Below are positions 33,790-43,808 of a DNA stretch of 64,000 nucleotides, one piece after another; within the stretch, counting starts at the first letter, position 1; each line of letters begins with the position of its first letter. Both the position numbers and the translations under genes were made by a program. The stretch lies in assembly GCA_963755915.1 (NCBI GenBank), contig CAVWLP010000003.1, positions 448,001 through 512,000 on the forward strand, written 5' to 3'. The stretch is from an uncultured Phycisphaerales bacterium. Its GTDB lineage: Bacteria > Planctomycetota > Phycisphaerae > Tepidisphaerales > Tepidisphaeraceae. The notes beneath the pieces were generated by a model, which did no database searches, was not told where the DNA came from, and worked only from the letters and a program-made list of their open reading frames with translations.

Positions 33790-35103
33790 ATGAATCCGAC
33801 CCTCAATAGCGGACCCGGACAAACCGGGGTACAGAATGCCAATGGCGGCGAACCGGTTTTGTCGATCCGGGGCATCCGGCCTGGCGTAACGCGGGTCAGC
33901 CGCCGAGCGGTGATGATCGCGGGCATCTTCGGAGCGGCGTTGGGCTTGGTCATTCTGATGCTCGGATTTGGTGGGCGCAGCGGCACGCCGCGGGATGCGG
34001 TGGCGGATGAAAATGCGATCCGTCCGTCCGGGCCAATTGAATCGGTAAAAGATTTGCCGAAGGATTACACGTTCGACGTAAACCAAGCGGGCCAAGGGAT
34101 CGACTATGAAGGATTGACGGGGCAGACCGGCTCGGGGGCCACGACGGGCCCGACAGGACTTTCGCCTCAAGAGCGAGCCATTGCCGAACAAATCCGGCAA
34201 TTCGCTGAAATGCGACGGAAGATGTTGGAACTTCAGCAGAAGGAACAGCAACAGGCTTTGGATTCGCCGCTTGTCTTTGCCGCCGCAAAATCAATCGGCA
34301 CGTCGAGTGCGCTTAATCCGACCACGATGCCGTCGCTGATGGCGCTTGGCGGTGTGGATTCTCATGTGCGCGGCGATGCACCTCTTCCAGGAATGGATGC
34401 GGGCATTGGCGGGTTTGGAATCCCACAAGCTGGCGTCGTCGTCGAGAACCAACAGCGAGACAAGGAAGCGTTTTTGAGCCAAGCCGCGGCCGTCGAGCCG
34501 TATCTGGCCAAGCCGCTGTTGGACCCGATCTTAAAATATGAACTCAAAGCGGGGAGTGTCATCCCCGGCGCACTCGTGACGGCGATCAACACAGACTTGC
34601 CGGGCGAAGTGATCGGCCAGGTCACGGAAAACGTCTTTGACTCCGTCTCCGGCAAGTACCTGTTGATTCCCCAAGGATCGAAGCTGCTTGGCAAATACCA
34701 AAGCCTCATCAGCAACGGACAAAACAGGGCACTGGTCGTCTGGCAGCGGCTGATTTACCCCAACGGACAATCGATCGTCCTCGATGGGATGCCAGGGACG
34801 GATGAAGCCGGACAATCGGGTTTGCAGGATCAAGTGGATTATCACCTGGACAAACTCGCGGCGGGTGCGGCATTCTCTACAGCCCTTGCCTACGCCGGGA
34901 ACTTGGCTCGCAATCCCAATAGCAGCAGCGGCAACAACGGCCAAGACGTGGTTGGCGATACGGTGGCTCAAGAGGCGAACCGGATCGGCGAAAAGATCAT
35001 CGACCGCGAACTCGACGTGCAACCAACGATCACAATCCGCCAAGGTTGGCCGCTGCGCGTGTTGGTGAACAAGGATATGGTGTTGGCGCCGTATCAGCCT
35101 TAG
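33790..35103 (+). CDS. trbI: TrbI/VirB10
   Basis: AGSVIPGALVTAINTDLPG, PTITIRQG..VNKD. Confidence 0.92.
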   Translation: MNPTLNSGPGQTGVQNANGGEPVLSIRGIRPGVTRVSRRAVMIAGIFGAALGLVILMLGFGGRSGTPRDAVADENAIRPSGPIESVKDLPKDYTFDVNQAGQGIDYEGLTGQTGSGATTGPTGLSPQERAIAEQIRQFAEMRRKMLELQQKEQQQALDSPLVFAAAKSIGTSSALNPTTMPSLMALGGVDSHVRGDAPLPGMDAGIGGFGIPQAGVVVENQQRDKEAFLSQAAAVEPYLAKPLLDPILKYELKAGSVIPGALVTAINTDLPGEVIGQVTENVFDSVSGKYLLIPQGSKLLGKYQSLISNGQNRALVVWQRLIYPNGQSIVLDGMPGTDEAGQSGLQDQVDYHLDKLAAGAAFSTALAYAGNLARNPNSSSGNNGQDVVGDTVAQEANRIGEKIIDRELDVQPTITIRQGWPLRVLVNKDMVLAPYQP

Positions 35104-35117
35104 TGGGAGAGACTGTT

Positions 35118-35402
35118 ATGCCGGAGATTTCACTGCCGCCGTTCCATGTGACAACTCGCACAAAGCTGGTCCTGGAAATCAGCCACGATTTGGCGGCGGA
35201 CATCGCGCGATACCGCGAGTTCTACAAGCAGGCGTACAGCGCCGATGTTTCCGAATCCGATCTCGTTCGGGAAATGGCGCGGCGTTTTATGGACGCCGAC
35301 CGTGAATTCCAGGCGGTGAAACACGGCTTCAAGGCACGATCCAACGGCTCGCGGCGATCCAAACCGTCCGCGCCGACACCGATCGAGGCGAGTGCAACAT
35401 GA
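35118..35402 (+). CDS. DUF2274-like protein
   Basis: DIARYREFY...FMDADREF; usual position after trbI. Confidence 0.7.
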   Translation: MPEISLPPFHVTTRTKLVLEISHDLAADIARYREFYKQAYSADVSESDLVREMARRFMDADREFQAVKHGFKARSNGSRRSKPSAPTPIEASAT

Positions 35403-35692
35403 TCGCGGTGACGGCAACATTCGCGGTGCTCAAGCGGCAGATATCGCCCGCCTCGATCCAGGTGTTGACGATTTTGACCAACTTGGCAGATATCGAGCCG
35501 CATGACGCCATCGCGCCGGCATTGCCAACCTATTCCGAAGCCGTGCGAATTGCCACCGAGCGTGGATTGACCCGCCAGCCGCGCATCGGATTCCTTAAGC
35601 AACTTGGCGTTGCGGAGTATGTGCCGGTGTGCGAGCGCATCGTCTTCGGCTCTCCTGAAGAACTTGACACATTAGCGGCCGCGATGGCCTGA
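35399..35692 (+). CDS. Hypothetical protein
   Basis: 97-aa ORF coupled to the upstream gene by an ATGA overlap. Confidence 0.55.
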   Translation: MIAVTATFAVLKRQISPASIQVLTILTNLADIEPHDAIAPALPTYSEAVRIATERGLTRQPRIGFLKQLGVAEYVPVCERIVFGSPEELDTLAAAMA

Positions 35693-35722
35693 AATTGAAC
35701 CCAACCCAATTGGAGGTGTACC

Positions 35723-36019
35723 GTGGCCCAAGCGATAGCAGTTCAAAATAAGTCGGAAAAAGCAGCGAACCGCCCGATTCATACAATCCGGTATGGCGCG
35801 GTCCGAGCGGCGATCTGGCGCAATGTCGTGGACAACGGGAACGCCAGCAAACCCATGCATAACGTGACATTCAGCCGATCATACAAAGACGGCGAGAATA
35901 ATTGGAAAGACAGTACGAGCTTCGGCGTGGATGACCTGCTGCTCCTGGCGAAAGCCGCCGATGAGGCGCATACGTGGATCACCCGGCAGAAGCCTACGGC
36001 TACCGCTGCCTCCAATTGA
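35723..36019 (+). CDS. Small conserved protein, paralog of 56827-57093
   Basis: GGAGG Shine-Dalgarno; AAIWRN...NVTFSRSYKD..W.DSTSF..DDLL. Confidence 0.8.
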   Translation: MAQAIAVQNKSEKAANRPIHTIRYGAVRAAIWRNVVDNGNASKPMHNVTFSRSYKDGENNWKDSTSFGVDDLLLLAKAADEAHTWITRQKPTATAASN

Positions 36020-36032
36020 CGGCCAAAGGAAC

Positions 36033-37235
36033 TCAAAGCCGCTGCAACAGGCGCAGCTCGCGCCGAAGCTCCGCCCTTAATTGCGTTTCGGTGGGAACAT
36101 GGAGTTGGTAGCGACTGGCAAAGATATTTTTCCGATACCCTTTGCCCAATGTGTAGCGCACCGCCGCCTCGTTCTTGTCCGTACAGAGGATCAACCCTAG
36201 TGTCGGCTGGTCGCCCTTTGTTCGGCGTTCCTCGTCGTAATAATTCACATACAGTTGAAGCTGTCCTAAATCCTGATGTGTGAGCTTGCCCACCTTTAGA
36301 TCAAGCAGCACGAAGCATTTTAAGATGGTGTGATAGAACACGAGATCGATGTAAAAGTGATCCCCATCAATTGTGATTCGTTCCTGCCGGGCGACAAAAG
36401 CAAAACCTTTGCCCATTTCCAGCAGGAAGGTGCGCAGATTGTCGATCAACGCCTGTTCGAGATCGGTTTCGACAAGTTTCGGAAACTCCGGTAGTCCCAA
36501 GAATTCCATCACTGCCGGGTCTTTGAATATATCTTCCGGCTTCCGCACCTCATGTCCCTTTGCGGCCAGGCGCAAGAGGCCCTTTTTGTCCTTGCTCAGC
36601 GCCAACCGTTCGTAAAGGAGACTGTTAATCTGCCGCTCCAATTCGCGCGCTGACCAGCCGTTCTTAATCGTCTCGACCTCATAAAATGATCGAGCCTCCG
36701 CTTTGTCGACGCGAAGCAGTGTGCGGTAATGCGTCCACGACAGATGGAGATGCAAAATACCGGGTTTCCAGAGTCCACCCTGCAAAGGATAGTGAATCAG
36801 CACCGAAGCCGGGGCCGGTATTTTGGCACGCGCCGCGCCGGCCGGCGCATATTTTCGCGGCGAATCCAATTGCCCACGCGCTGCGTGGGCAATTTCAAGC
36901 AACTTCACCGCACCTGATTCCCCACGCGCCGCGTGGGCAATGCTGAGCGATACCAACCTTGGATATGTGAGATAGAAAGCCCGGAAATGCTCCAGGTTGT
37001 TCTTAGTAAAGCCCCGTCCAAAATCTTTGGTTAGACGTTCGGCAAGATCGGCAATCAACCGTGTTCCATAATCCGCTCGTCTCTGCCCGCCCTGTTCCTC
37101 CTCCACGATCTCCCGACCGATCAACCAATTGGCCACCACCTGCGTCGAGTTCACCGACCGCGCAATGTTTGACCGGGCCGATTCGAGAATGCCTCTGATA
37201 CGGTCGTAAATGGCAGTCGGTTTAGGTGCCTTCAT
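36033..37235 (-). CDS. YhcG/DUF1016 PD-(D/E)xK nuclease family protein
   Basis: NWLIGREIVEEEQ, LSWTHY, FLLEMGKGFAF, YIDLVFY, DLGQL. Confidence 0.9.
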   Translation of the reverse strand: MKAPKPTAIYDRIRGILESARSNIARSVNSTQVVANWLIGREIVEEEQGGQRRADYGTRLIADLAERLTKDFGRGFTKNNLEHFRAFYLTYPRLVSLSIAHAARGESGAVKLLEIAHAARGQLDSPRKYAPAGAARAKIPAPASVLIHYPLQGGLWKPGILHLHLSWTHYRTLLRVDKAEARSFYEVETIKNGWSARELERQINSLLYERLALSKDKKGLLRLAAKGHEVRKPEDIFKDPAVMEFLGLPEFPKLVETDLEQALIDNLRTFLLEMGKGFAFVARQERITIDGDHFYIDLVFYHTILKCFVLLDLKVGKLTHQDLGQLQLYVNYYDEERRTKGDQPTLGLILCTDKNEAAVRYTLGKGYRKNIFASRYQLHVPTETQLRAELRRELRLLQRL

Positions 37236-37459
37236 CGTCTGCCTTTCCCGGCCAGCGCACCTAACAGGCTCGGATCGCAATCCCTGCTTCGGTTGTCTTG
37301 CCCAGTCCAACTTCATCAGCCGGGATGCTCAATACGGGGGAGCCAAATGCCCGACCGGATGCCTTTGGCATGATATCAGATCGCATCGTTTTGAAGCCAG
37401 CAAATGGCGCGGAATAAGGCGGCGAGCACACATCACGACGAGAAATCTGAAAACAGTTG

Positions 37460-38428
37460 TCATGTGTCGTTCTTCATTTCGTGGAGCACATAATCGTTCT
37501 TGCCGAATCCTTTGACCTCCACGATGCTGCGGACGGCTCGGCCCGGCCGCGCATTCGTTCGCTCAATGAAGACGAGCAGATTCACGGCCGATGCGATGGA
37601 CCGTTTTGGAACGATCTGCGACGCCTCGCCCACTAAGTCTTCAATGCGCCGCAGCGCATCGGCGGCCGAGTTTGCGTGGATTGTTGCTACACCGCCAGGG
37701 TGGCCGGTGTTCCATGCCTTCAACATCGCCAGCGCCTCAGGTCCCCGCACCTCACCGATGATGATCCGATCCGGTCGAAGGCGCAATGTCATGCGGAGCA
37801 AATCGGTCATCGTCACTCGCGGCTCGGTATTCTTCGTCAGCAGCTCAACCTTGTCGTCCGCCGGGCATTGAAGCTCCTTGGTGTCCTCAATCAGGACGAT
37901 GCGATCACTCCTGAACGGCGGCTCCGACAGGATCGCATTGACCAGCGTGGTTTTTCCTGATCCGGTTCCGCCGGCAACCAGAATGTTCTTCCGGTCAACT
38001 ACGGCACGGCGGATCACATCGGCGCCATCCGCCGGAAGAATTCCCTTGGTCACATAATCGTCGATGGTAAAAACAATTGACGCCCGCTTACGAATGGTGA
38101 ACACGGGTCGCTCGGCCAATGGCGGCAACAGCCCTTGGAAACGTTCGCCGCTCCGAGGCAAAACGCCGGCCACGGCGGGCCGTTCTGGCGTGACGGTTTC
38201 TCCCATGTGGCTGGCCAGTAGCCGAATGGTGGTCTCTGCTGCCGGCGGTTCAATTCGGCCAATCTTTTCCCGTCCTACGCCAGCCCGATCGACCCACAAC
38301 GTCCCATCGGGGTTCGCCATAATTTCTACCACGTCAGGTTGGGCGAGGGCATTCGCCACCAACGGACCCAGCGCGTGATATAAACTTTCCTGATGACGAT
38401 GATGAACGGTGTTCGTGTTGGATGCCAT
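37460..38428 (-). CDS. trbB: TrbB/VirB11 ATPase
   Basis: GGTGSGKT, IEDTKEL, LRLRPDRIIIGEVRG, WNTGHPGG. Confidence 0.92.
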   Translation of the reverse strand: MASNTNTVHHRHQESLYHALGPLVANALAQPDVVEIMANPDGTLWVDRAGVGREKIGRIEPPAAETTIRLLASHMGETVTPERPAVAGVLPRSGERFQGLLPPLAERPVFTIRKRASIVFTIDDYVTKGILPADGADVIRRAVVDRKNILVAGGTGSGKTTLVNAILSEPPFRSDRIVLIEDTKELQCPADDKVELLTKNTEPRVTMTDLLRMTLRLRPDRIIIGEVRGPEALAMLKAWNTGHPGGVATIHANSAADALRRIEDLVGEASQIVPKRSIASAVNLLVFIERTNARPGRAVRSIVEVKGFGKNDYVLHEMKNDT

Positions 38429-38456
38429 GATCGACCGCTTCTTTCTGTTTCTTCAA

Positions 38457-39086
38457 TTACTTCTCATCTGATCGCCCGAATAATCCCCAGCTCTCACGCC
38501 CATGTGAAAGCTGCCGGGACGACGAGTGGGCTGCTGTGTGCGCCGGCGATGGCCGCCGATCACTGGCACCGACACCTTCGCCCGCGATCGACTTCGCCGT
38601 CTCCTGCGGTTGGACAGATTTCGTGGTGGCCTCTTCCTGTGAGGATGATTTCCCCATCTCAGACTCCGGGTCAAGGGAGGGAATGTCACTCAAGATCGAC
38701 TCGCCGGTGCGAAGATTTCTGGCGAGCAGATCCAGAAAGCGATGGAACCGTTGCTTGCCGCTGAGCAGCGCCGCTGTTTTCAAGGCATCGGGAATCGCCG
38801 TTGCGTGATTGAAGAATGATCGCATCCCCAGCCCGACCATTTCCTTGAGCACCTGAATGTCGAGCCGAAGCTGCTGTTCCAATCGGCGCAGGGCATGGAA
38901 GTTTCGGTCGGCGGCCTTGAGGATTTCCTGTTCGCGCTCACTGCGGTAGCTGGACAGCAGCGATTCCTTCGCCGCCTCGGCAAGCGCAGCGGAGAGAGAC
39001 ACTTTCATCTCGCTCGCCCGCTGCCTGGCCGCCTGCAACACCCGCGGCTCCAACCGGACCGTGACCTGAACACGATTTCCTTTCAC
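38457..39086 (-). CDS. CopG/ribbon-helix-helix-like protein
   Basis: N-terminal strand-helix-helix pattern; lies between the coupling protein and trbB. Confidence 0.65.
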   Translation of the reverse strand: MKGNRVQVTVRLEPRVLQAARQRASEMKVSLSAALAEAAKESLLSSYRSEREQEILKAADRNFHALRRLEQQLRLDIQVLKEMVGLGMRSFFNHATAIPDALKTAALLSGKQRFHRFLDLLARNLRTGESILSDIPSLDPESEMGKSSSQEEATTKSVQPQETAKSIAGEGVGASDRRPSPAHTAAHSSSRQLSHGRESWGLFGRSDEK

Positions 39087-40937
39087 AAATCCCCCTTCGA
39101 GTCATCCCGATCCCCATCGTCGATGTCCTGCTCCAACTCGGCTTCGTCCGGTTCAGGCGAACTTTGGACCAGCGCCGCGTCATAAAGAGGATTTTTCGGT
39201 GGAGTAGGCAACGGCGGTCCTTTCGCCCGCTCGCGCAGCCAGTCAATCGGCGGTTTGTCCGGACCATTCAGGTGCAGCGATTGGTCCGGCGCCGCCAACA
39301 AGCGCGCCATGAATGTCCGATCCGCGAAATACCGCAGCTTCCGGGTTCGCATCGGTTTGTACCCTGTCACAAAAACGAGTTGATCGTCCACCGGCAATTC
39401 CCGGATGTCCCCTGGCGACAATAGCGGCCGGACATGCTCGCTATGGCTGATGGTTCGAGCACCCCAATGCCGTCCCGGCTGCGAATAGCTTTCCCGGTAT
39501 TCGGTCACGGTTCCCGTCATCTGGCTGATGCGCTGGCAGGTAACGGTATCGGCCGCGGCGAAGGTGGTCAGGATGTGGCAATTGTCCAGGATCGTGTTGT
39601 TGGTCCCGTACTGCTCGATGATGTCGTTGAAGGATTGAACGATCAGGTGCGCCTTGATCCCGTAACCCGCCATCTGGCGCAGGTTCATCGTGAAGAAGTC
39701 CAGCCGCCCCAGCGTCGGGAACTCATCGAGTGACAAGAGGAGTCGATGCCGCTTGGGCCGTCCCACGGCGTCGCGATCGAGGTATTCCATCAGCGCTCGA
39801 CAGGCCTGGTTAATCATCAGGCGCACCAATCGGCGCAGCGCGGCGCATCTGAGGGCGGTGGCTGGAGGTAGAGCGTCATGGGCCGATCTAAGCAGACCAA
39901 ATCGCTGAGCCGAAAGTCGCTGGTTGCCGTGTTGCGGGCAACGATGTCGTCCGCCCACAACGTGAGGTATGCTGCGGCCGTGCCGCACACGCTGGCTTGG
40001 AACTTCTCCGGTTGTCGGCGCAGCTCGTTGGCCACCAGCGCCACTTCCGGATGAACTTCCGGCACGCCCGTCTGTGGATTGAAGCGGTGCGGTGTGCGGA
40101 TCATCGCCTTGCTGGTGTTCTTGAAATCCAGCAAGCGCGCCCGGACCGTCGCCAGGTTCTTGTGCGATTCCGGCTCGGTGTACAACACGTGCAGGATCAG
40201 CGCCACGAGAAACTGGCTGGCCTGCTGGTCCCAAATGTCCATCGTGTGTTTCGCGCCGGTGGGATTGACCAGCATCTCGACGATGTTCTGCGCGTCCCGG
40301 ATTTCGTTCGCTCCGCGGCGGATTTCAAAGAGGGGATTGAATCGGGCGCTGTCAGGCCGGGTCGGATTGAAGAACAGGCAAGGGCCGAGCGTCGCCCGAA
40401 AGCCCGCGGTGACGTCCCACAGTTCATTCTTCACGTCATAGGCCAGGACGCTTCCGTTCCAATTCAAGAGCGTGGGAATCACATGGCCAACCCCCTTGCC
40501 TGACCGGCTGGCGCCGGAGATCAATTGATGCTCAGGTCCGTCATAGGTCAGATCGCGCCCGTGCGCCAGCCCAGGACGGTTCCCTTTCCGTTCAGCAATC
40601 CGGCCGTTTTCATGTCGCGCTTCGTGGCCCATCGATCCCGGCCGAGTTCGCGCACGGGGATGGTGCGAAGCCGGCGCGCCACCACCAACATGAGCGTGGC
40701 CAGAACGAACGAACCCCCGATGACGGCATAGCCAACGTTCAAAGTGTCTGGAATGTCGTCGCCGAATCGCCGGGCCCAGATGATCAGCGCCCAGGGCGGA
40801 TAGATGGTGTGCGCGCCGAAGTGCAAACCGCCCAGCGCCGGATGGTAATTCAGCCGGTAGCCCACCCATTGCGTGGCGGCGATCAGGCCCGCCAGGAGCA
40901 CCAGGACGTAAGCGATGATGAGCCGCCGAGCGGTCAT
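39083..40937 (-). CDS. traG: Type IV coupling protein TraG/VirD4 (frameshifts near 40565 and 39835)
   Basis: TM segments, GASRSGKGVG..IPTLL, RFNPL, LDEFPTLG, IVQS. Confidence 0.88.
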
Positions 40938-42919
40938 ATCTCAGCCCCCGATCCGCCGAGGGACAGTCCCGCATCGAGGTTGATGGACTGTCCAGCCGCC
41001 AGTTCCACAGTGGCATCCTGCGCGGCGGTGCGCTCCAGGCGGACTTCACTGCCGGCCGCAACATCCGGGGTTTTGGTGGTGGGCGAGACGAAAACGCTCT
41101 CCTCCGTCACAACAACGGCCAGCTTGCCGGCATGAAGATGCTCCGTGCCGTGATACTCCCCCTCGACGGTGCCCCCTTTGGGCAGTTCAACCACCGGCCG
41201 GTCGTACCTCTTCTCCAGTCGTTCCCCCAGTGCCCTGCGCTCCTCGAAGGCAAGCTGCTGAAGCACTCCGGGCAGCGGGCGAATCGACCCGCCATCGCCA
41301 TCCGATCGCTCGGCGTATCCGTTTTGAAGCAGCCAATCGCGCCGATGCTGAACGGCATCCAGCGTCGCCGGATGGCTCACCATGCGCACATCCGGCATGT
41401 CGCCGAACGCTTGGCGGTCGAGCCAAGTGACTGCGTGCGCCTCAATTTGCTCCGTCTGAGAACGTTCCGCGATCACGCGCACGTCCGTTCGATGGCTTCC
41501 CCGCTGACTGAAGTGAGCAAAGGCAACTGTATCAACGGTGTACTCACCAAGCCGCGATGCGCGCACTCCCGAACCCTCGAATCCGGCAACGAAGTCCAGT
41601 CGGAATGCCGCGGAGCGGACGGCGGATTCAATCTCTCGGTCGGTCGAGGCCGCCTGGGACACGCGCAGATACGCCTCGTGCAACTGTGCGGAGTAGACCC
41701 CACCGTTTACCTTGGCAACGGCCGCGATCTGCACCGTGACCTGCTGGCGGCGGTGGGTTGCCGCGCCCAGTTCCGCCACCGAGCCGATCTCCAGATCACG
41801 GTAGGTCTCGTTGTCCCGGACCCGTCCATAGCGCGCTTGGCCTGCCGCATCCCGCAGTACGACGAACCGATCCTCCCCGATCTCATCGGGACTTCCCTTG
41901 GCAATGACCACGCCGGCCACGGGAACCGATGGCTCGGCTCCCCCGGCCATGCGCTGCACCCGTCCGGCCTCGTTCCCCAAACTGCCGTAGAGCTGTGCAA
42001 TGATGTCGTTACGGTTACCCAGTTCGCGCAAGGCCTGTTTGAAGTCGTCTTCGACGTGCCAGTTTGTTCCCCGCCCCTTGTGCGCCAAGTCCATCTTCTC
42101 CAGAAACGACAACCGTCCCACCACCAGCAGCCGGTCCTCGGCGCAAAAACCGATGCACCGGGAGGGCGAGATATCGATCTTTCCGTTCTCCAAATGCCGC
42201 TCGATCATCCGGTCCAGGGAGGTGAACCGCTCGGCTTCGACCTCCTTGGTCTTGGCCAACTGAACTTCCTGGGCACTCCGTTCCCCCAGCAGTTCGGTCG
42301 CGACCTCGCAGGCGCGGTCCCGGATTCCATACGATATATATTGTCGGGGGATGACCAGGTCGGTCCCATCCGCTTGCTTCCCCCGCAACATGATGTGCGC
42401 ATGGGGGTTGTCGGTATTGTGGTGATTGACGGCGATCCACTGGAGCTTGGTGTCCAAATCCCGCTGCACGCGCTTCATCACTTCGCGCACATACGCGGTC
42501 ATGTCGGGGATGTCGGCGCCATGCTCCGGCGACACGATCAGGCGGAAGTGATGCCGGTCCGGCGCCCACTGGACGGCCTCCTGTTTGACGTCCACGCCGT
42601 CCCGCGCTGCGTCGTAAAACACCCCGCGCTTGCCATCCGCGCTGGCGCTCTCTCGCCCCAGGTAGGTGACATGGCGCACCAAACTCCCCCGCGCTTTGCC
42701 GGGCTTGTGACGGCTCACCAGCGCCTTGACGACCACGCGCTGGCGCGCACTGGATGCTCCCGCGGGTCCGCCGAACCGCTTGGCCTTGCGTCCCCGAAAG
42801 CCGCGCAGCCGCCGGGCGATCTGGCTGTTCACGCTCGGCTCGCCCTGCCGGCGGCTGCCCATGCGGCCGATTCGATCCGCATCCACACGATCCGACGACT
42901 GCTTGAATCTCCCTGGCAT
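40934..42919 (-). CDS. VirD2-like (MOB-P) relaxase with DUF3363-like C-terminus
   Basis: QRVVVK, HVTYLGRE, HHFRLIVSPE, HHNTDNPHAH, ERFTSLDR, TWLDR. Confidence 0.88.
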   Translation of the reverse strand: MPGRFKQSSDRVDADRIGRMGSRRQGEPSVNSQIARRLRGFRGRKAKRFGGPAGASSARQRVVVKALVSRHKPGKARGSLVRHVTYLGRESASADGKRGVFYDAARDGVDVKQEAVQWAPDRHHFRLIVSPEHGADIPDMTAYVREVMKRVQRDLDTKLQWIAVNHHNTDNPHAHIMLRGKQADGTDLVIPRQYISYGIRDRACEVATELLGERSAQEVQLAKTKEVEAERFTSLDRMIERHLENGKIDISPSRCIGFCAEDRLLVVGRLSFLEKMDLAHKGRGTNWHVEDDFKQALRELGNRNDIIAQLYGSLGNEAGRVQRMAGGAEPSVPVAGVVIAKGSPDEIGEDRFVVLRDAAGQARYGRVRDNETYRDLEIGSVAELGAATHRRQQVTVQIAAVAKVNGGVYSAQLHEAYLRVSQAASTDREIESAVRSAAFRLDFVAGFEGSGVRASRLGEYTVDTVAFAHFSQRGSHRTDVRVIAERSQTEQIEAHAVTWLDRQAFGDMPDVRMVSHPATLDAVQHRRDWLLQNGYAERSDGDGGSIRPLPGVLQQLAFEERRALGERLEKRYDRPVVELPKGGTVEGEYHGTEHLHAGKLAVVVTEESVFVSPTTKTPDVAAGSEVRLERTAAQDATVELAAGQSINLDAGLSLGGSGAEI

Positions 42920-43107
42920 ACGTCCTCCAAGGCGCTTTGGGGTTGCACTACGCGAGGCAACAGTGACCGACTCGGAACCGACTCGGTGAAACAGCAGACA
43001 AGTCGCTGCAATTCTTCGTGCGACCGAGACTTGCAAAAACACCGACTCGTTTCCTTTTACCTTGCCCTCCTCAATTTCTTCTCCTCTTCGTATTCAGCCA
43101 GACAGAA

Positions 43108-43209
43108 AATCTATCCAGCCAGATGAAAAACCGATCTATTATCAGGGTTGATAGAGTTAATAATACCAACTATCCAGCCCAAGTCAAATTGAATCTGGCT
43201 GGATAGATT
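43108..43209. promoter_or_regulatory. Candidate oriT/regulatory region with a 17-bp perfect inverted repeat
   Basis: AATCTATCCAGCCAGAT (43108-24) and its complement (43193-209), with a third half-site at 43170-79; AT-rich and upstream of the relaxase. Confidence 0.5.
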
Positions 43210-43297
43210 CGGGCGGATTTGCGGGGGAAAAATGAGAGAAAGATCGACTGAAAAATGCAGAGGCGAGTTATAATACTGCATGGAAAACCAACGCTGA

Positions 43298-43693
43298 GTG
43301 AACGATAAGAACCGTCCTAACGTTCACGGGCGTTGCGAGTCTGGATGCGAAGGCAGGTGTATCGTGCGTGTGTTGAAAGAAACCTTGACCGTCATATCGC
43401 TCAGCGTGCTGTTGCCGCTGGTGAAGCTGGTGATCGTGTTGGCGGGACTTGCCGAGGTCGCGGGATGGGTTTGGCTTGGATGCTGGGCGGTCAGCAGCTA
43501 CCGCCAGCAAGGCCAAGCCCTCGTGTTTCTCTGGCCGGTTCTGGCGACGGTCGCAATCTACTTTCAGCTCACGCTCTGGCATTACTACTGGTTGAAGTTT
43601 GCGCAAGGGAGCAACCGAGGCCGGGCCTTGGGAGAGTATTTCTGCTCGGCGCTGCGCTACCCAATGGCCCGTCGGCCGCATTCCTGGGAGTAG
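43298..43693 (+). CDS. Hypothetical membrane protein (start uncertain)
   Basis: Two to three hydrophobic segments. Confidence 0.5.
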   Translation: MNDKNRPNVHGRCESGCEGRCIVRVLKETLTVISLSVLLPLVKLVIVLAGLAEVAGWVWLGCWAVSSYRQQGQALVFLWPVLATVAIYFQLTLWHYYWLKFAQGSNRGRALGEYFCSALRYPMARRPHSWE

Positions 43694-43808
43694 GCTCGCT
43701 CGTCGCAAGTCGCGCACCGATCGCACCGCCCATTGTTGTTTTGACGAAAAAAGAAGCCGGATCAGGAACACCAGACCCGGCTTCGGCCTCAAGATCGAGC
43801 GATCTCGG

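Noticed and set aside
42501-42508. Extra sgRNA target ATGTCGGG in the relaxase gene
   Set aside because: Only an 8-nt match, preceded by GTC rather than TTN.
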